A DNA stretch of 64,000 nt from Eledone cirrhosa (GCA_964016885.1 OZ024740.1:232748001-232812000), one strand, 5' to 3'; shown: positions 44,587-58,785, numbered from the stretch's first letter. Notes: generated by a model from the letters alone, not told the origin. Made by a program: numbers and translations.

Positions 44587-44890
44587 CGAGAGTCATATAA
44601 CGACAAAGTGAGTCCTGCATTGGTACTTGGTGATTTTGAAGGCTACACCAAATTCTGAACAAGATGTCATTTCAAAGTACTAAAGTTTCAAACGTCCTCA
44701 TCTTAACGTATTGTAAGTTTGAACTATCTTACCGAAAACCGTTACAGATATTTTCGAGTAGGTTCTCATTATTATTCTATATTTGATCCTAAACGGACTC
44801 TTTTAATGACAAGAAACTTAAACAGGGACTGTAGTATCAATCTCTCTTATCAATTGAAACACCAAAGTGATCATATATATCTCTCTTCAC

Positions 44891-44969
<79 letters not shown>

Positions 44970-45959
44970 ACACTCATATATATATATATATATATATACA
45001 GAGAGAAAGAGAGAGTGACTGAGATAGATGTTAGATAGAGAGAGAGAAAGATAGAGATAGAGAGGGAGAGAGAGTGAAGTAGATGTTAGATAGCGATACA
45101 GAGATAGATAGATAGAGATAGAGATAGAGATAGAGAGAGAGAGAGAGAGATGTTAGACAGAGAGAGATACAGAGATAAAGAGTGTGTGCGTTGGTGTTTT
45201 CAGGTGTGTATCTTTATAACATTTACTTACACATATGTCAACGTATGATACGTGTCTGACGTAGAATGTGTGTAGGATTGTGTTGAATAGCTTAGAAGCT
45301 TGAATGGTAAAATACGTGTACCTCAAGGGATTTAATGAACTTCATTACTAAGAACCGAACACTACATACTCGCTTTGATGCACATAGACAGAGAGTCACA
45401 CACATAATAACACATATTCACGCACACTTTCACAAAAACATAAATCCATAGACCTACACACATGTACTCCTACATACACAGAAATGGGTTGGGAGTCTGT
45501 TGCATAGAAAGCTATTTATACATAGCATATTTATACACAGTTTTTGTTATATATGCCTTGGTATGTGTTCAAGCTCACTGCGTTCTGAGTTCATATTCGC
45601 TGAGATTGTACATTCTTTAGGGGTCGATAAATAAAATACCTGTGCGGTGAATTGGTGGAACTGTTAAAGCGCTCAATGGGAGGTAATGCCGAATCTGATC
45701 TGGCTATTTGCCTTCAGAGTTAACATGCTACCTCCTTGTAGCAGAATTTGAGAGATCGTATTAACAATTTAAAGTCCAATCTAAATAATGTTTATTTGGT
45801 CCGATCCTTTATTTGGTCCCTTTCCTTTATATCTATGTATTATAACTATATATGAATATTTTTTTTATTTTACTGATTTTAAATTTTCCTGCGAGACTTT
45901 GGTGGGGATTCGCCTTCTCGAATTTTCTTCTTCGATCTTCTAGTGTTTCTTCTTGTTTA

Positions 45960-46003
45960 ACTTTCTAGTGTTTCACACACACGTGTGTGAAACACTAGAA
46001 AGT
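45960..46003. repeat. Perfect hairpin with 21-bp arms
   Basis: ACTTTCTAGTGTTTCACACAC-ac-GTGTGTGAAACACTAGAAAGT. Confidence 0.9.
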
Positions 46004-47059
46004 GTGTGTCTGTGTCTGTGTGTGTCTGGGTGTATATGTCTGTGTGACAATGAATGACATGATTAACTGAATTCTTCCTAATTTGAGAGAGTCAGGTACA
46101 AAGCAGTACGATATTTCATTCAGACGCATTATTTCGCCAACCTCAATTTGTGAAACCGCTAGGTTATGTGGCCTAACCTCTGGAACAGATTGTGCTTTTT
46201 CCATAACAACATTAATTCAACCATGAAAGTATTGTTAATTTCAAGAAAGTTCTAAATATTGACATTTAGAGTCTAATAAATAAATTTACTCAAAAACTGA
46301 ATCATATTTCAGACACTGCATCTACTAGTCTCTTTATAGACTAGTATTGCAGATAATCATATTGTAATTCCCTTTAATACTTTTAATTAAATTTTTCTTT
46401 ATTCTCAACTAAACTTTGAATTATCATCCGTGGTGCATTTATTTATATTTTTTCCTCTAAATATAAACAGCTGGAGGAACGTTTATCATAATTTCGGCAT
46501 TCGCTTTTCTCGTCTTGTATATACTTACCCGTAATTCAACACTCATTTAAAAAAAATTAAAAGTTGCTGTAAAACTATCGTTATAGTTATAAACTTGAAC
46601 TAAAGATTTGCCAAGGGAGGGCACTCTACTCTATCCCCACACACACACCTGAACTACCTCAACTATGTGTTTCTATTTATTTTAATTATTTTCAATAACG
46701 TTTCGTATATCAATTTTAAGTTGCAAGACGAGCTGTAAATGAAGAGACTGCATTCTTCCATGCACCAACATTATATCTATTATATATTTATTTACTGTAA
46801 TAGGGCCGTGAATCAAGGAGTTTATTATTTATACACAAGCTTTGAATTTTTTGAACACATTAAACCGAAATAAGTGGATCATGTGTAAGAATATACAAGG
46901 CAAGATAAGCGAATGCATAAAAAGCATTAAATATGCAGAGAATGCAAAGAATATATGCATGGTTTCAGCTGCATAACATTTATATATGTATATTTAACAT
47001 ATTTAACATTTAACAATATACAATATATATATATATATATATGTGTGTGTATGTGTGTG

Positions 47060-47109
<50 letters not shown>

Positions 47110-47365
47110 ATTTATATATATAAATAAGTGTATTTATATGTGCATATATATATATATATATACATATATATTGTGAAGGCACGTGGCTGAGTGGTAAGAG
47201 AATTTGATTCACAATCGTGAGGTTGTAACAATATATCCAATTATATTACACGGCTCGGAAACATTCCCTTCTTTGAGCTATTTAATTGTAAAAGACTATT
47301 TTCAGTTTATAACACATAAATAAATGGAAACTATATTTATAAAACCATATTCTATTATATATATA

Positions 47366-47426
47366 TATTCTATTATATATATTTCAATGGTACCAAAACT
47401 TTGGTACACCCTCATCAGATAAAATA
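47366..47426 (-). ncRNA. Minimal type-I hammerhead (left arm)
   Basis: Minus strand TATTTTAT-CTGATGA-GGG.T.GTACCAA agtt TTGGTAC.C.ATT-GAAA-TATATA-TA^ATAGAATA. Confidence 0.72.
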
Positions 47427-48325
47427 CAAAGTTTGTTTTATAAATGTTGACATAACCAAGAAAAGATACCTTAACGGTTCAAGCTTTTCTTGGATAGTGA
47501 AGGGAAAAGAGAAGAAAAGTCAGATATTTCAAATTATTAAGATGAGTATGCAAATGAGGTTGAAGTATAGGGCTGAAAAAACGTCATTTTTAGATGCTAT
47601 GCAGAATTTAAATAACTAGGATATATGTATGTATAAGTAGGAAGAAGAAGAAAAGAAAGAAGAGCTTGTATTTACGTTAATTTAAAAGGAATTAAGAATT
47701 TGCGGGAATGGTGGAATATGTTTCCAGAATTTAAATTTATTTAGCTATATTATGAGTTATAATATTGTATATATAATCAATTAGATTATATAAAGTATTA
47801 TGGTTGTAAGTAGATTTTATCTTATCACATTACAACAGGTTGTAAGTATATAAATATCTATATAGATTAATAATTGAGCATGTAAAAGTATTATAGAAAT
47901 AGAAATAAGTTACAATTATTAGTTGCTTACATTTCTCATATGAATTACGAAGGATATTGATTCTGCATTCAAGTTGTAAGAGGAGAACAATTTGTAGATT
48001 CAAATATGTTGTTCCAACATTGACAATTATTTCAGAATATTGTTAATTTAGCGAAGTTATATAGATTATCATAGATATTATATTATAATATAATGTTTAT
48101 GTTTCCTCGATTGAAAAGGAAAAGATAACTCCAATCTTGTTTGGTAACCGTTAAATTTGATGAATGATTTACTCAGAAAATATATAGAAAAAATTATATA
48201 TTATTTTGTGTGAGATTAATTTTAATTATATATTATTCGAAAGATGTGTGAAAGTTTGAAAAACAAAGCTTGAACCTTTAAGGTATCTTTTCTTGGTTAT
48301 GTCAACATTTATAAAACAAACTTTG

Positions 48326-48386
48326 TATTTTATCTGATGAGGGCGTACCAAAGTGTTGGTACCCTTGAAATATATATAATAGAATA
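48326..48386 (+). ncRNA. Minimal type-I hammerhead (right arm)
   Basis: TATTTTAT-CTGATGA(48334-40)-GGG.C.GTACCAA agtg TTGGTAC.C.CTT-GAAA(48367-70)-TATATA-TA^ATAGAATA. Confidence 0.82.
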
Positions 48387-48893
48387 AATATGGTTTTATA
48401 AATATAGTTTCCATTTATTTAATATCATCGAATATTATACTCCAGAAAACTTATCGAGTGCTTTGAATCAGTTATAAATATTTATATTTGTTGAATTACC
48501 AACAAATTGAATATCAGTTTTGCTTATATATAGATATATATGAACGCACATACAGGGAGCCCACAATACAACGACATACTCACACAATCAGTAACAGCCA
48601 TTGCATATAAAACATACAGCAGTATCATTATATATATATGGCTGTTATCCTTTGATAGAATTTCTGGAATTTTTCTGAGATCATGTAGAGTTTGTTGTTT
48701 TATGCATATAGGGTACCTCTCATTTGGGGGAGGGTGTAGAAGTATCATATGTTCCTAAGTTGGTAAGGGGATATATCTAACTATTCGACACAGCCCACCC
48801 GTGTAACCTCTGATCTATATCATCTTAAGAATTTCTATCAGAAAAATAATATAATTGGTTGTTATGAATTAACTTGAAATCTTTGCACACATG

Positions 48894-48976
<83 letters not shown>

Positions 48977-48997
48977 GTATGTATATATATACACACA

Positions 48998-49050
<53 letters not shown>

Positions 49051-49134
49051 ATATATATATATATGATATAAATATATATATATATACCTATATATATATA
49101 TATATATACATATATACATATATATATGTATAAA

Positions 49135-49176
<42 letters not shown>

Positions 49177-49289
49177 ATATATAAGGAATCCATAATATTC
49201 GTCTGAGTTATTCACTTGATGTTGTGAGTGTCTGTGATGAGCCTAGCTAAATTAACGCTGCCCGTAATCATTAATAGGACTACAAATAG

Positions 49290-49482
49290 TAATTGTTTCT
49301 ACTTTTGGCACAAGGCCAGCAATTATCCCAGTACATTACTGGTACTTTATTTTATCAACCCCGTAAGGATGAAAGGCAAAGTTAACCTCGGCGGGATTTG
49401 AACTCAGAATAGCAAGGGCCGTAACTCAATGCGTCAAAGCATGGCGTCTGACCCTCTACCGATACTGCCAATCCACCGCCCT
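49290..49482 (-). mobile_element. SINE family A, full length, 19-bp TSD
   Basis: Flanked by TAGGACTACAAATAGTAAT. Confidence 0.93.
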
Positions 49483-49560
49483 TAGGACTACAAATAGTAA
49501 TGTCCCCTTATTATAATTACTATTGTTTCAGTTGCTTCGGTGTTTCTTTGATTTTCCTTA

Positions 49561-49741
49561 TTGGCAGTATCGGTAGAGGGTCGGACGCCATTGCTTTCCA
49601 GCATAGTTACGTCCCTTTACGATCTGAGTTCAAATCCCGCCGAGGTTGACTTTGCCTTTCATCCTTACGGGGTCGATAAAATAAAGTACCAGTAATGAAC
49701 TGGGTAATTGCTGGCCTTGTGCCTAAAGTAGAAACAATTAT
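49561..49741 (+). mobile_element. SINE family A, head-to-head with the previous copy
   Basis: Matches consensus; about 78 bp from 49290-49482. Confidence 0.92.
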
Positions 49742-50463
49742 TTCTTGTATTTTTTTTACTTTTTTTTTCATTGTATTATGTCGCAGCTGTTCTAAATGCT
49801 TTTCTTACTTCTCTTATCTTGCTGTAATATATTTTGACCTCTTCTCTCTATTGGTCACATCCCGCACAGAATCCCGAGCATAGAAGTGAATGGTCAATCG
49901 CCTTACCATCTCTCTAAACTCGCACGCTATCGTGTTAAACATTTCAATGTTGAAATGAAATTTGCTAGCAGAAGAAATGGGATGATCACGGTTGACTTGT
50001 TTGTTATATAGTGAAAAGTAGATCGACTAACGAAAAATTACCAAGCATTAAATTTAATGAATTGTGCAAAATGTTTGAACATATTCATCCTCCCATCTTG
50101 TATACAACGCGAAATAGCTCAAACTGTATTTATCCATACACGCGCAACACACACACACACATAAATACGACACATGCAACCCCATAGTTATGTATGTATA
50201 TTTGCTTGTATGTATGATGTATATATATACATACTGGAGGTAAACCAAAACATAACCCGTATATACAACCACTATTCTCTTAGAAATATTTCTCTTTCAG
50301 ACTGATCTTAACACACTTAGTGCAAAACACAACCATCCAGCATATCAAAGACATGACACAGAAAGCATGCAACAATAACCGAAGTTGCCAATATATATAA
50401 TGTAAGCATTATATAAAATAACTGTATAGAATATTTTATAATAAATATCTTGATGAAAATAAC

Positions 50464-50632
50464 CTTGATGAAAATTGACAGATCTTCCATCTTGCAGTAG
50501 AAACCCTTCTCTTCTTTAAAACATGAATAAAACATTCGATAATCTTGGAAAAATCCCCAATTCAGCTTTTTCTTCTTTGGTTTGAACCACTGTAACCATT
50601 CTGCGCAATCTTTGCAGGTTTCTCTATTTTTC
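50464..50632 (-). CDS. Candidate internal exon of an unidentified gene (169 nt)
   Basis: Acceptor-like ttttattaatcttgtgcag|G and donor-like CAAG|gttatt. The single open frame is KNRETCKDCAEWLQWFKPKKKKLNWGFFQDYRMFYSCFKEEKGFYCKMEDLSIFIK; I recognise no family. Confidence 0.25.
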
Positions 50633-50933
50633 CTGCACAAGATTAATAAAATATCCTTAATTTGCATAATATTGCATAAGATATAGAAAACGGCGGGACG
50701 ATCATCATTAGAAAACCTTTGATCATATGTAATATCGATCAGGGCAGAAATGGAGCCTAAATAGCATTACAATCTACAAATGAAACACATAAAACTAGGA
50801 CGGTTTAAATAATTTTACCTCTATAGACTAGAGAATATATTGTACGCATGCTGTATAAGGGACCTAATATGTTAGTGATAACTTGATTATGTATGGGGTC
50901 ATAATGAAGGTTATGATGCGATTATTAATAAAT

Positions 50934-51050
50934 AATTGTTTCTACTTTTGGCACAAGGCCAGCAATTACCCAGTACATTACTGGTACTTTATTTTATCGA
51001 CCCCGTAAGGATGAAAGGCAAAGTTAACCTCGGCGGGATTTGAACTCAGA
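50934..51050 (-). mobile_element. SINE family A, 5'-truncated
   Basis: Reverse complement of the 3' two-thirds of the consensus. Confidence 0.9.
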
Positions 51051-51270
51051 CCTGTCACGTGGATCATGAGATCTTTCTATTACTTACTTAATTCTCATTA
51101 TTTCTTCCTCTCCCCATAGACATTCCTCAGTTTTTTCTCCCGTCCTTTTTCCGTTTATTAATAGATAATTGTTGTCAGATAGTAGTGATGTCCCTGAGAA
51201 TAGTGGTAACGGTGTTGATTGTTGTGAACATGATCTATATTGGTTAGCTGAGTTTAAAGGCAATCATTTC

Positions 51271-51405
51271 AGGCTACCTCCCTACTCACCACCATAGGCG
51301 CTGAGCTGGCCAGCCGCAGGCGTGAGCCTCGTGAGATGGAATGGCTCTTCTAGCGCATCTCCCTTACCATCCTCGCCCTCTCTATTCTGTCCGCCGGGCC
51401 TGTGG
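51271..51405 (+). mobile_element. CRE-clade non-LTR retrotransposon C-terminal fragment
   Basis: ATSLLTTIGAELASRRREPREMEWLF*RISL; homologous to 58786-58970. Confidence 0.7.
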
Positions 51406-52347
51406 GGCGGCCAGCACGTGGGACCCCATTTTCTCCCAAAACAGAAAGATGCGGAGGGTGAGACAGATGGAGGCGATGACAGTGGGAGTTCGGTTGTTCC
51501 GTGTTCGGACACATTGCACATGTCACGGGATCATGTGGTCTTTCTATTACTTACTTAATTCTCATTATTTCTTCCTCTCTCCAAAGCCATTCCTCAGTTT
51601 TTTCTTCCATCCTTTTTCCTTTCCAAACTATTTCAGGCATTCCAATCCAATCTGTTTTTATTCATAGTCTCGGTGTATATAAGAGAGTAAAGTACGATTT
51701 AAGGGATATTTAGATGTTATTCCCAACAGGTCTAGAGAACAATTACAGTTCTCGTACTGTTGTTAGTACTATTAGTGCAAGTAGGTTATGGAATGATGTC
51801 TATTTGCCGTCACTGACGATGATCATACCAGTCATATATAAGTATAGAAGCTGTTATAACTGATAGGTGTTGCATATTGATACGACATTTGATTGATGTG
51901 GCGGAACATTTGACGGTGTGGTAGTTTGATGAAGGATTTACTTTGTTATGGCAGCAAATGAGAGTGATCTTGAGGTTATTGTAATGGGTTTTTTGGCGGT
52001 AGTATGGGCGGTAGTATTGGTGGTAATGCTAATGATGTTGAGGGCCGCATTATACTGGTCATGGTGATGGTGGGTTTGCTCAGCCATCACGAACATTTGC
52101 ATATTGTCATCTATCATTTTTGCTGTAGCCTGAACACTTGCATCTAAGCATTCGCAAGCAATCACATACACATCTGAATGTTTGCGCATGTATATATACG
52201 CATGTGTATATACATCCTGAGGTAGGATGACTGAGATTATATTTTATCTTTCATGTGTTTTCGTTTATTGTTTTAAATTGTTTGTTACATGCACGTGTCC
52301 TATGTTTTTCCAATGTGCATATGTACACTCACACTCACACACACCTA

Positions 52348-52422
<75 letters not shown>

Positions 52423-53171
52423 CACTCAACACGTGTGTTTGTGTGTATGTGTCTCTCTGTCTGAAGGTATACATACAAAAATGATGAAATCAAATCAATA
52501 TACTAAGTATATGCACATACAGCGTGTCCTTCCACTACTTTTGTTTTAATGAGATTGTAAAACACTTGATGCAGGGCTGCCATTGAAGCGTTAAAAAATA
52601 GTGTAGCGACAGAGAATGAGGCAAGGCTGTAGGATATTGGAGATATATGAATTGAAATGGCTAGAAATAAAATTAAGACTGAGGAGAAAAGAGAATATAT
52701 GTAACATTACTTATGTTAGAAAACTGGTCAAAGGTAGCGATATGGCCATCAAGTTATGATAGTTAATTTCGATAAAAGCTGTAAACCACTAAAGGAGACG
52801 GAATAATGGGGGATACTGTTACCCCCATAGAAAATTCTCACCATGATGTTGCTACGAAAAGACGAGTAGGAGGCCACCTCTAAAAAGGTCTTGCCTTTGT
52901 GCGCCTGAGAAAAGTACCTGGTGACTAGCGTGACTGTGATCACCAAAGTACTGCAATATTGCCAGAAACATTAAAGACATCCATATGGCATCGTCCTTTT
53001 CTCGGGATAAATAAGATGCGTTCAGACCTTAGATAGAGGAGCCTGTTCAGAATATATATTGCAGTATCCATCTAACGCTGTAATAAGTGGCCATGGTCTG
53101 GGAGGCGTGGAATAGAAGCATAAAGGTTACGTATCCAGAGACTCCTGACAGGGTACGGAGTGGGGCAAACT

Positions 53172-53355
53172 TTGAAAACTGGTAACTGGAACCTTACAAC
53201 CCTTAGTGATAATGTGCAGGAACTAGTGGAGGAGGCCAGATGCTACCGGATAGATATAGTCATGGATTCCTCAACAAAGTTCCATGGCTCTAGTACTGTA
53301 TAATTAGATGGAGAAGGCAAACTCCACTATTCAGGTGTGGAGTCAGTTCATGCGC
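53172..53355 (+). mobile_element. RTE/Rex3(Expander)-like LINE, N-terminus of the AP endonuclease
   Basis: LKTGNWNLTTLSDNVQELVEEARCYRIDIVMDSSTKFHGSSTV*LDGEGKLHYSGV (cf. GTWNV..ELV.E..RY.LDIV..LFYSGV). Confidence 0.8.
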
Positions 53356-53514
53356 CAAACACAGAGCCAGAATACAGATGCTTCTTTGACTAAGCCAATG
53401 TAGTTAAGACTGAATCAAATATTCTAATGGAAGACACCATTGTATATATACATACGAGGACCCCCACCCCAACCCCCGTTCTTGCTTTCTTCTTACTCTC
53501 ATTCCATTTTAAAG

Positions 53515-53630
<116 letters not shown>

Positions 53631-53780
53631 TATATTAGAAATTAGAAATTATAGCTTTCACCGTATTTTAGACTAAAGAAATTTCTAGCCTGATAGTGGA
53701 GCTTATAACGTCTAATTTCTAATTTCAAACTCGCGCAGCGTTTCAAAAACATACCTAAATGTTTACGTTTATAATTTACT

Positions 53781-53818
<38 letters not shown>

Positions 53819-54977
53819 GTAACATTTTTTATTAGGAAAGATTAAAGCTTAAAAAAAGAATTTCTGGATCATATATATATATGAGTGGATTAGTACTTAA
53901 TAATTGGTACTTAATACATTGGTAGGTTTTAGACATTTTTATTTTATATAGAAATGACATCTACAGGTCTAGAACTGTTGCATTCTAGTCATGTTGAAGT
54001 CACATCTATATTATACATCAAATATATGTGTGTACGTTCGTATGTGTCTGTGTGTGCGCGCATATGTGTGTATTTTGTTTGTTTGTGTGTGTGTGTGTGT
54101 GCATATTTGGTTATTGATTTTATAAATATAAATATCGTATTTATTATATATGCCATATATATCCAGCTTGGCGGGTACACAAGCCAATTTTTAATTCATC
54201 ATAAATATATATGATAAGATAAGCAGCAAATAAACTGATAGGTGTAATGGTGGATACTAATTAGAATGTGCAATTAAGCAACAGTAATTAATATCAAACT
54301 GAAAACTAACAACTATTACTAATTGGTGGTGGTGATAAAGATGTCCACGATGTTGTTGATGACATAAACATACACACAAACGCATACACATATACACACA
54401 CTCACCTACATACACACAAATACACAAAGTGAGTTATAAAATGCATGTTTAATTCATTGCATTCTTTTGTCTGTGGTAAATGTGTTCTAATTAGTCTTAC
54501 ATATATTTGCTTCTCATTCTCTCATGGCGAAAGGAATGGTTCATTTCCAAAGAAACGACAGATTCCTTGTTTACAATAGTATATGTTGGACCTATCCTTT
54601 TTTTTTTCATTTTTACCCACTCTCTGCAATTTTTGTAATAGTAAATATAATGGTTGATAAGGAAAGTATCGCTACCACAAAATACCACCACCACCATCAC
54701 CTCTTCCACAACTACCATCATCATCGTCATCATCTTCATCTTCATCTTCATTAGCATTAACGGTAGTTAGTGAAAGAATCAGTAATGATGACCAGTCACA
54801 CTGTAAGTACAAGAGGCGATAGTTTTCGTTGAAGAAAAAAACATGGAAAGATATTGGGTAAATGCAGATGAAATAAGAATATTAACAATGACACATTGTG
54901 ACCGAAGATATTCGTCATACAGATGATGGGTAGGTAGAGTTATTAAAGCATTGGAGTTTGGAAGCTAAGAGGCAAAG

Positions 54978-55255
54978 ACAGTGGGGTCTTGGGGATTAGG
55001 GTGTTCGTCTCACAATCATAAGGTTGAGTTCGATTCCTGGGCCAAGCAGTGCGTTGGGACCTAAGCAAGACACTTCATTTCATGCTGCTTCAATCCACTC
55101 AACTGGTAAAAATGAGTTGCACCTGTATTTGAAGGTTTCGGTCTGGTTAAATATTGTGTCACGCTGAATCTTCCTGAGAAGTACGTTAAGGGTGCACGTG
55201 TCTATGTAATGTTCAGGTACTTACACGTTAATTTCCTGAGCTGGCAGTTCCGGAG
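54978..55255 (+). mobile_element. tRNA-derived SINE, family C (old); head fragment also at about 47174-47226
   Basis: B box GAGTTCGATTCC, then AAGCAAGACACTTCATTTCA..CCACTCAACTGGTAAAAATGAGT, a SINE central-domain-like segment. Confidence 0.7.
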
Positions 55256-56186
55256 TACTCGCCGGAGGAGACATGTACAGAGAGAAAGCTATGGTGGAAC
55301 ATGTTTAAAATGGAGTTTAGTTACTATGAATGAATTATACATTGTTCTTTCTTTCATCAACGGCAACTATTAGACATTTTCATTAATGAAGATGCTATAC
55401 ATTGCTAGCACATTCTGGCGATATTCACCTCATACTTCTGGCGAAATAACTATGTAATGCGTATCCATGCTGATTTCCTAAACTAGTAATTCTGTAACAT
55501 CAAAGCAATGAGAATCAACACTAAGCAGCCACATGGTAATTTTCACAAGGCATGATAGAAAAGACAATGCAACTTCATAAAAAATTGGAAAGATAAAACA
55601 TAAACTTCTGAAAGGTGCTCACAAAAGGTAAGAGCAGCCAGAATTGAAGTAAGACCTCACTTTCTCGAACAAAATAACTAAGCAACGCCCCAAATTATGA
55701 ATGATCTGTTGAGTTGATAGTGTCATTGGATAGTAGTAACAGAAATTGGCGACAGGGAATTAATGTCTTAATATGAAGAACTTAAGAAATGGTTCCGATA
55801 ATTAGGATTACCTAATTTCCATAGGGATTGGATGTCGTTGTTTTGTAGCTAGCTCTACTATGTCCTAAAAGGATGTAATTGGGATTAAGAGGGATAACAG
55901 CATTGATTTGTGACTCGTATATATGTGTTATGTGCAATAATTTCGAATCTTTAGACCAATAAACAACTAGTTGGAAAGTAAAATTGATGTTACATCGTGA
56001 TGGCGTGGTTGCCTGAATAATGGTAGGGGTGGGTATTACAATGTGGGCCCAACCAGCTCGGGCGTTCCGTGGTAATATCTATAATACTCGCCGTACTGTT
56101 GTATGAACCGATACTGATGACAGTTGTAAGTATCATTGAGATCAACAGCTGATGAGAGAGATGTTCTGCTGTGCAAGCTGTGTGCT

Positions 56187-56368
<182 letters not shown>

Positions 56369-57882
56369 TGTGTGTGTGTTAGCGAGTGTCTGTGTATATC
56401 TGCTTGATCAAACACATATATACCTTGTGATCTTCATGTCACTTGAGCAGAAGCAGTAGAATGATTCTAAAAGTACCCACCTCCCACTGAAAAAAATATC
56501 TTTGCAAAATATGTGTTGTTAGTTTTTTATTCCCTTGACACATTCTTGAATCCAATTACCTACTTTTTCAAAGTAAACCATCGCTATGCCTTGTGAAGTG
56601 TGAACTACACCTGCTTGCGAGAGAACATGTTTTAGTAAAGAAAAAACAACTAGCCACGCTGGTAAATTTGACGAGGATTTTCATGAGCGGCAGCGGAGCC
56701 AGTGATAAGTAAAGTGACAGGTGAAATAGCCTCTGCTTCAGGATTGTAGCAAAGAATTGGTCGGTTAAGCATTCGTTTCGGTTGTTTATGTCAGTGTACT
56801 ACTTGAATGCTATTGGCAAAATCCTATCCTTTACTATATTTATATACAAAATAAATATGGTTAATTCAGAAAAGTAACTGCAATGGACATGAATTCTCAG
56901 GGCTTCCGATATGTGGTGAAGGGAGTAGGTTATTCTCACTCTTTGGACAGTTATTGGTAAAGAGAAAAAGATACTAAGTGTATTATAATATATATACATA
57001 TATATATTTGTGTGTGTGTGTGTGTTCATTTATTCGTATATATTGCATTGGATTCAGTCATCACTTCCTTGATTCAGCCGGTCATATCGGGAATCGTGTT
57101 TACTTTTCAAGGCTGTGGCATATATCGATTATTTAGTTGAGCCACTAGATTACTGACACAAACGTAAACACCACGACTTATATAATCACCATATATTAGA
57201 ACAGCATCTCTCCATTCGCCACTTTCCTTGTTCATCACCTCTGTGTGTTTCACTACTATGAAGCATCGCACTTCACACATAAATGTGATACAGACGACCT
57301 ATTCTAAGTAGAGGGAAGAAACCCTTTGTTGTCAAAAGAGGTGTAGCTTTCTAAACTTCTACCATCCTTATTCTACCTATTACGCTCTCGGATCACTCTC
57401 CTCCGCTCCTAATTAGGCCACCTTAATTACAGAAGCTATCAACCATATCTATGTATCATTCATGTGATTGGAAAAGGTTTATATCACTGAAGCACATCCC
57501 GTCGGTTACCCCTGTGCATATTCTATATACAAAGTCTTCATCAAACCTTGTGAAACAAAGTCATATTAATAGATAGGAAATACGTTTGGGAGATAAGACA
57601 ATTGAAAAACATCCACGTATATGCTTGTTGTTGATACATTTCTCAGTAGGTCTAGCATACTTATGAACGCCATATGGGACTTTACTTAAGAAAAAAAAAA
57701 AGACATCAACCACAAGACTATAAAAATACGTTAGGTTTAAAGCATCTAAATTTTATCATATAATTGTCATTCAGTATAAGTGCTTTGTGTGTAAAAGTAA
57801 TAAGAAAAATAACAAAACAGACGTTACACTACATGGAAGAAATATATCAATTTAACACTTGAAATAGCAGGAAGAGAGTTGT

Positions 57883-57915
57883 AACGTTTCGGAAACTATT
57901 CCTTCATCGGAAGAA
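57883..57915 (-). ncRNA. Decayed short Penelope-type hammerhead
   Basis: Minus strand CCGATGA-A-GGAA.TAGT.TTCC-GAAACGTT; U4 is changed to C and stem I is poor. Confidence 0.45.
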
Positions 57916-58042
57916 ACAGTTAGAAATAGAAGATAAATAGAAAGTAAAGAATGATGAGAGCAAGGACCGGGGAAAACGAGAAGAAAAAAATGGGGACAAA
58001 AAACACGAGTGCGTATTCAGGCGTATATATATATATATATAT

Positions 58043-58385
58043 GAAAGACGTAAAATAAGAAAATTTTAAAAATTAACTTAGTTACTAAAATTCACGTGAC
58101 TGATTGTTTAGAATTTGCCACTGACCAGGTAGGCAGTGAATTTTTTCAGTGCCCTGGAATATAGTTCCCGCTAGCTTTGTTCCATCCACTGAATTATTAT
58201 TTTTATATGGGTTCCTAGTGTCCGCGCATTGCCTGGGAACTTAGCTGAGAATAGACTCCCTGATGACGTAAGGACTTCTCTATAGTTACGTTACGTAACT
58301 ATATTTATTCCCTTACAGAAACTAATTAGTTGGAGTGAAAATTTTAGTAAGTTAATTTTTAAAATTTTCTTATTTTACGTCTTTT
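58043..58385 (+). mobile_element. Fold-back element with ~50-bp inverted ends in (TA)n, carrying a hammerhead
   Basis: AAAGACGTAAAATAAGAAAATTTTAAAAATTAACTTA... / ...TAAGTTAATTTTTAAAATTTTCTTATTTTACGTCTTT. Confidence 0.82.
58255..58336 (+). ncRNA. Type-I hammerhead with an extended stem II
   Basis: ACTCC-CTGATGA(58260-66)-C.GTAAGG..TATAGTTACG tta CGTAACTATA..CCTTAC.A-GAAA(58318-21)-CTAATTAG-TT^GGAGT. Stem III palindrome ACTAATTAGT. Confidence 0.82.
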
Positions 58386-58511
58386 ATATAATTGTTCTGC
58401 ATCCCCCTGCATAGAACCACAAAGGTACTAGGACATAACATATATATTTTCTAGCATGGGTATACATCTGTATACATATGTTGGTAGATATACTAATTCT
58501 CTCTCTCTATC

Positions 58512-58544
<33 letters not shown>

Positions 58545-58785
58545 ACTCTAGTTTGTACGGAGAAAGTAAGCGAAATAAATTAATACGGGAATACCCTGAA
58601 CAATGACAACAGAACGAGAGCATTCTACTTCCGTGGGTTATGTGAATGTTCCGTTTCAATTCCACGACATCTTCTGAAGACAGCCTAGTGTGATCTGGAG
58701 GAAAAAAGAGCCAACATGATATGATTATAATAATAAAGTTGCGGACATTAACCCGATATAAAAGTTTGTAATACGCTAAATGGAT

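Larger units (their letters stand above)
47319..48522 (+). mobile_element. Family P1 element: ~160-bp inverted arms (47319-47488, 48265-48421), ~780-bp spacer, one-sided tail
   Basis: AAATGGAAACTATATTTATAAAACCATA... arms. The tail ...GAGTGCTTT..ATCAGTTATAAA...TTTTGC matches 33224-33311. Confidence 0.85.

Noticed and set aside
47489-48264. Penelope GIY-YIG or RT coding sequence in the P1 spacer
   Set aside because: No recognisable motif on either strand by eye, and many stops. A translated HMM search would settle it.
55480-55760. Another RTE 3' fragment
   Set aside because: Only vague similarity through many stops and frameshifts; not supportable by eye.
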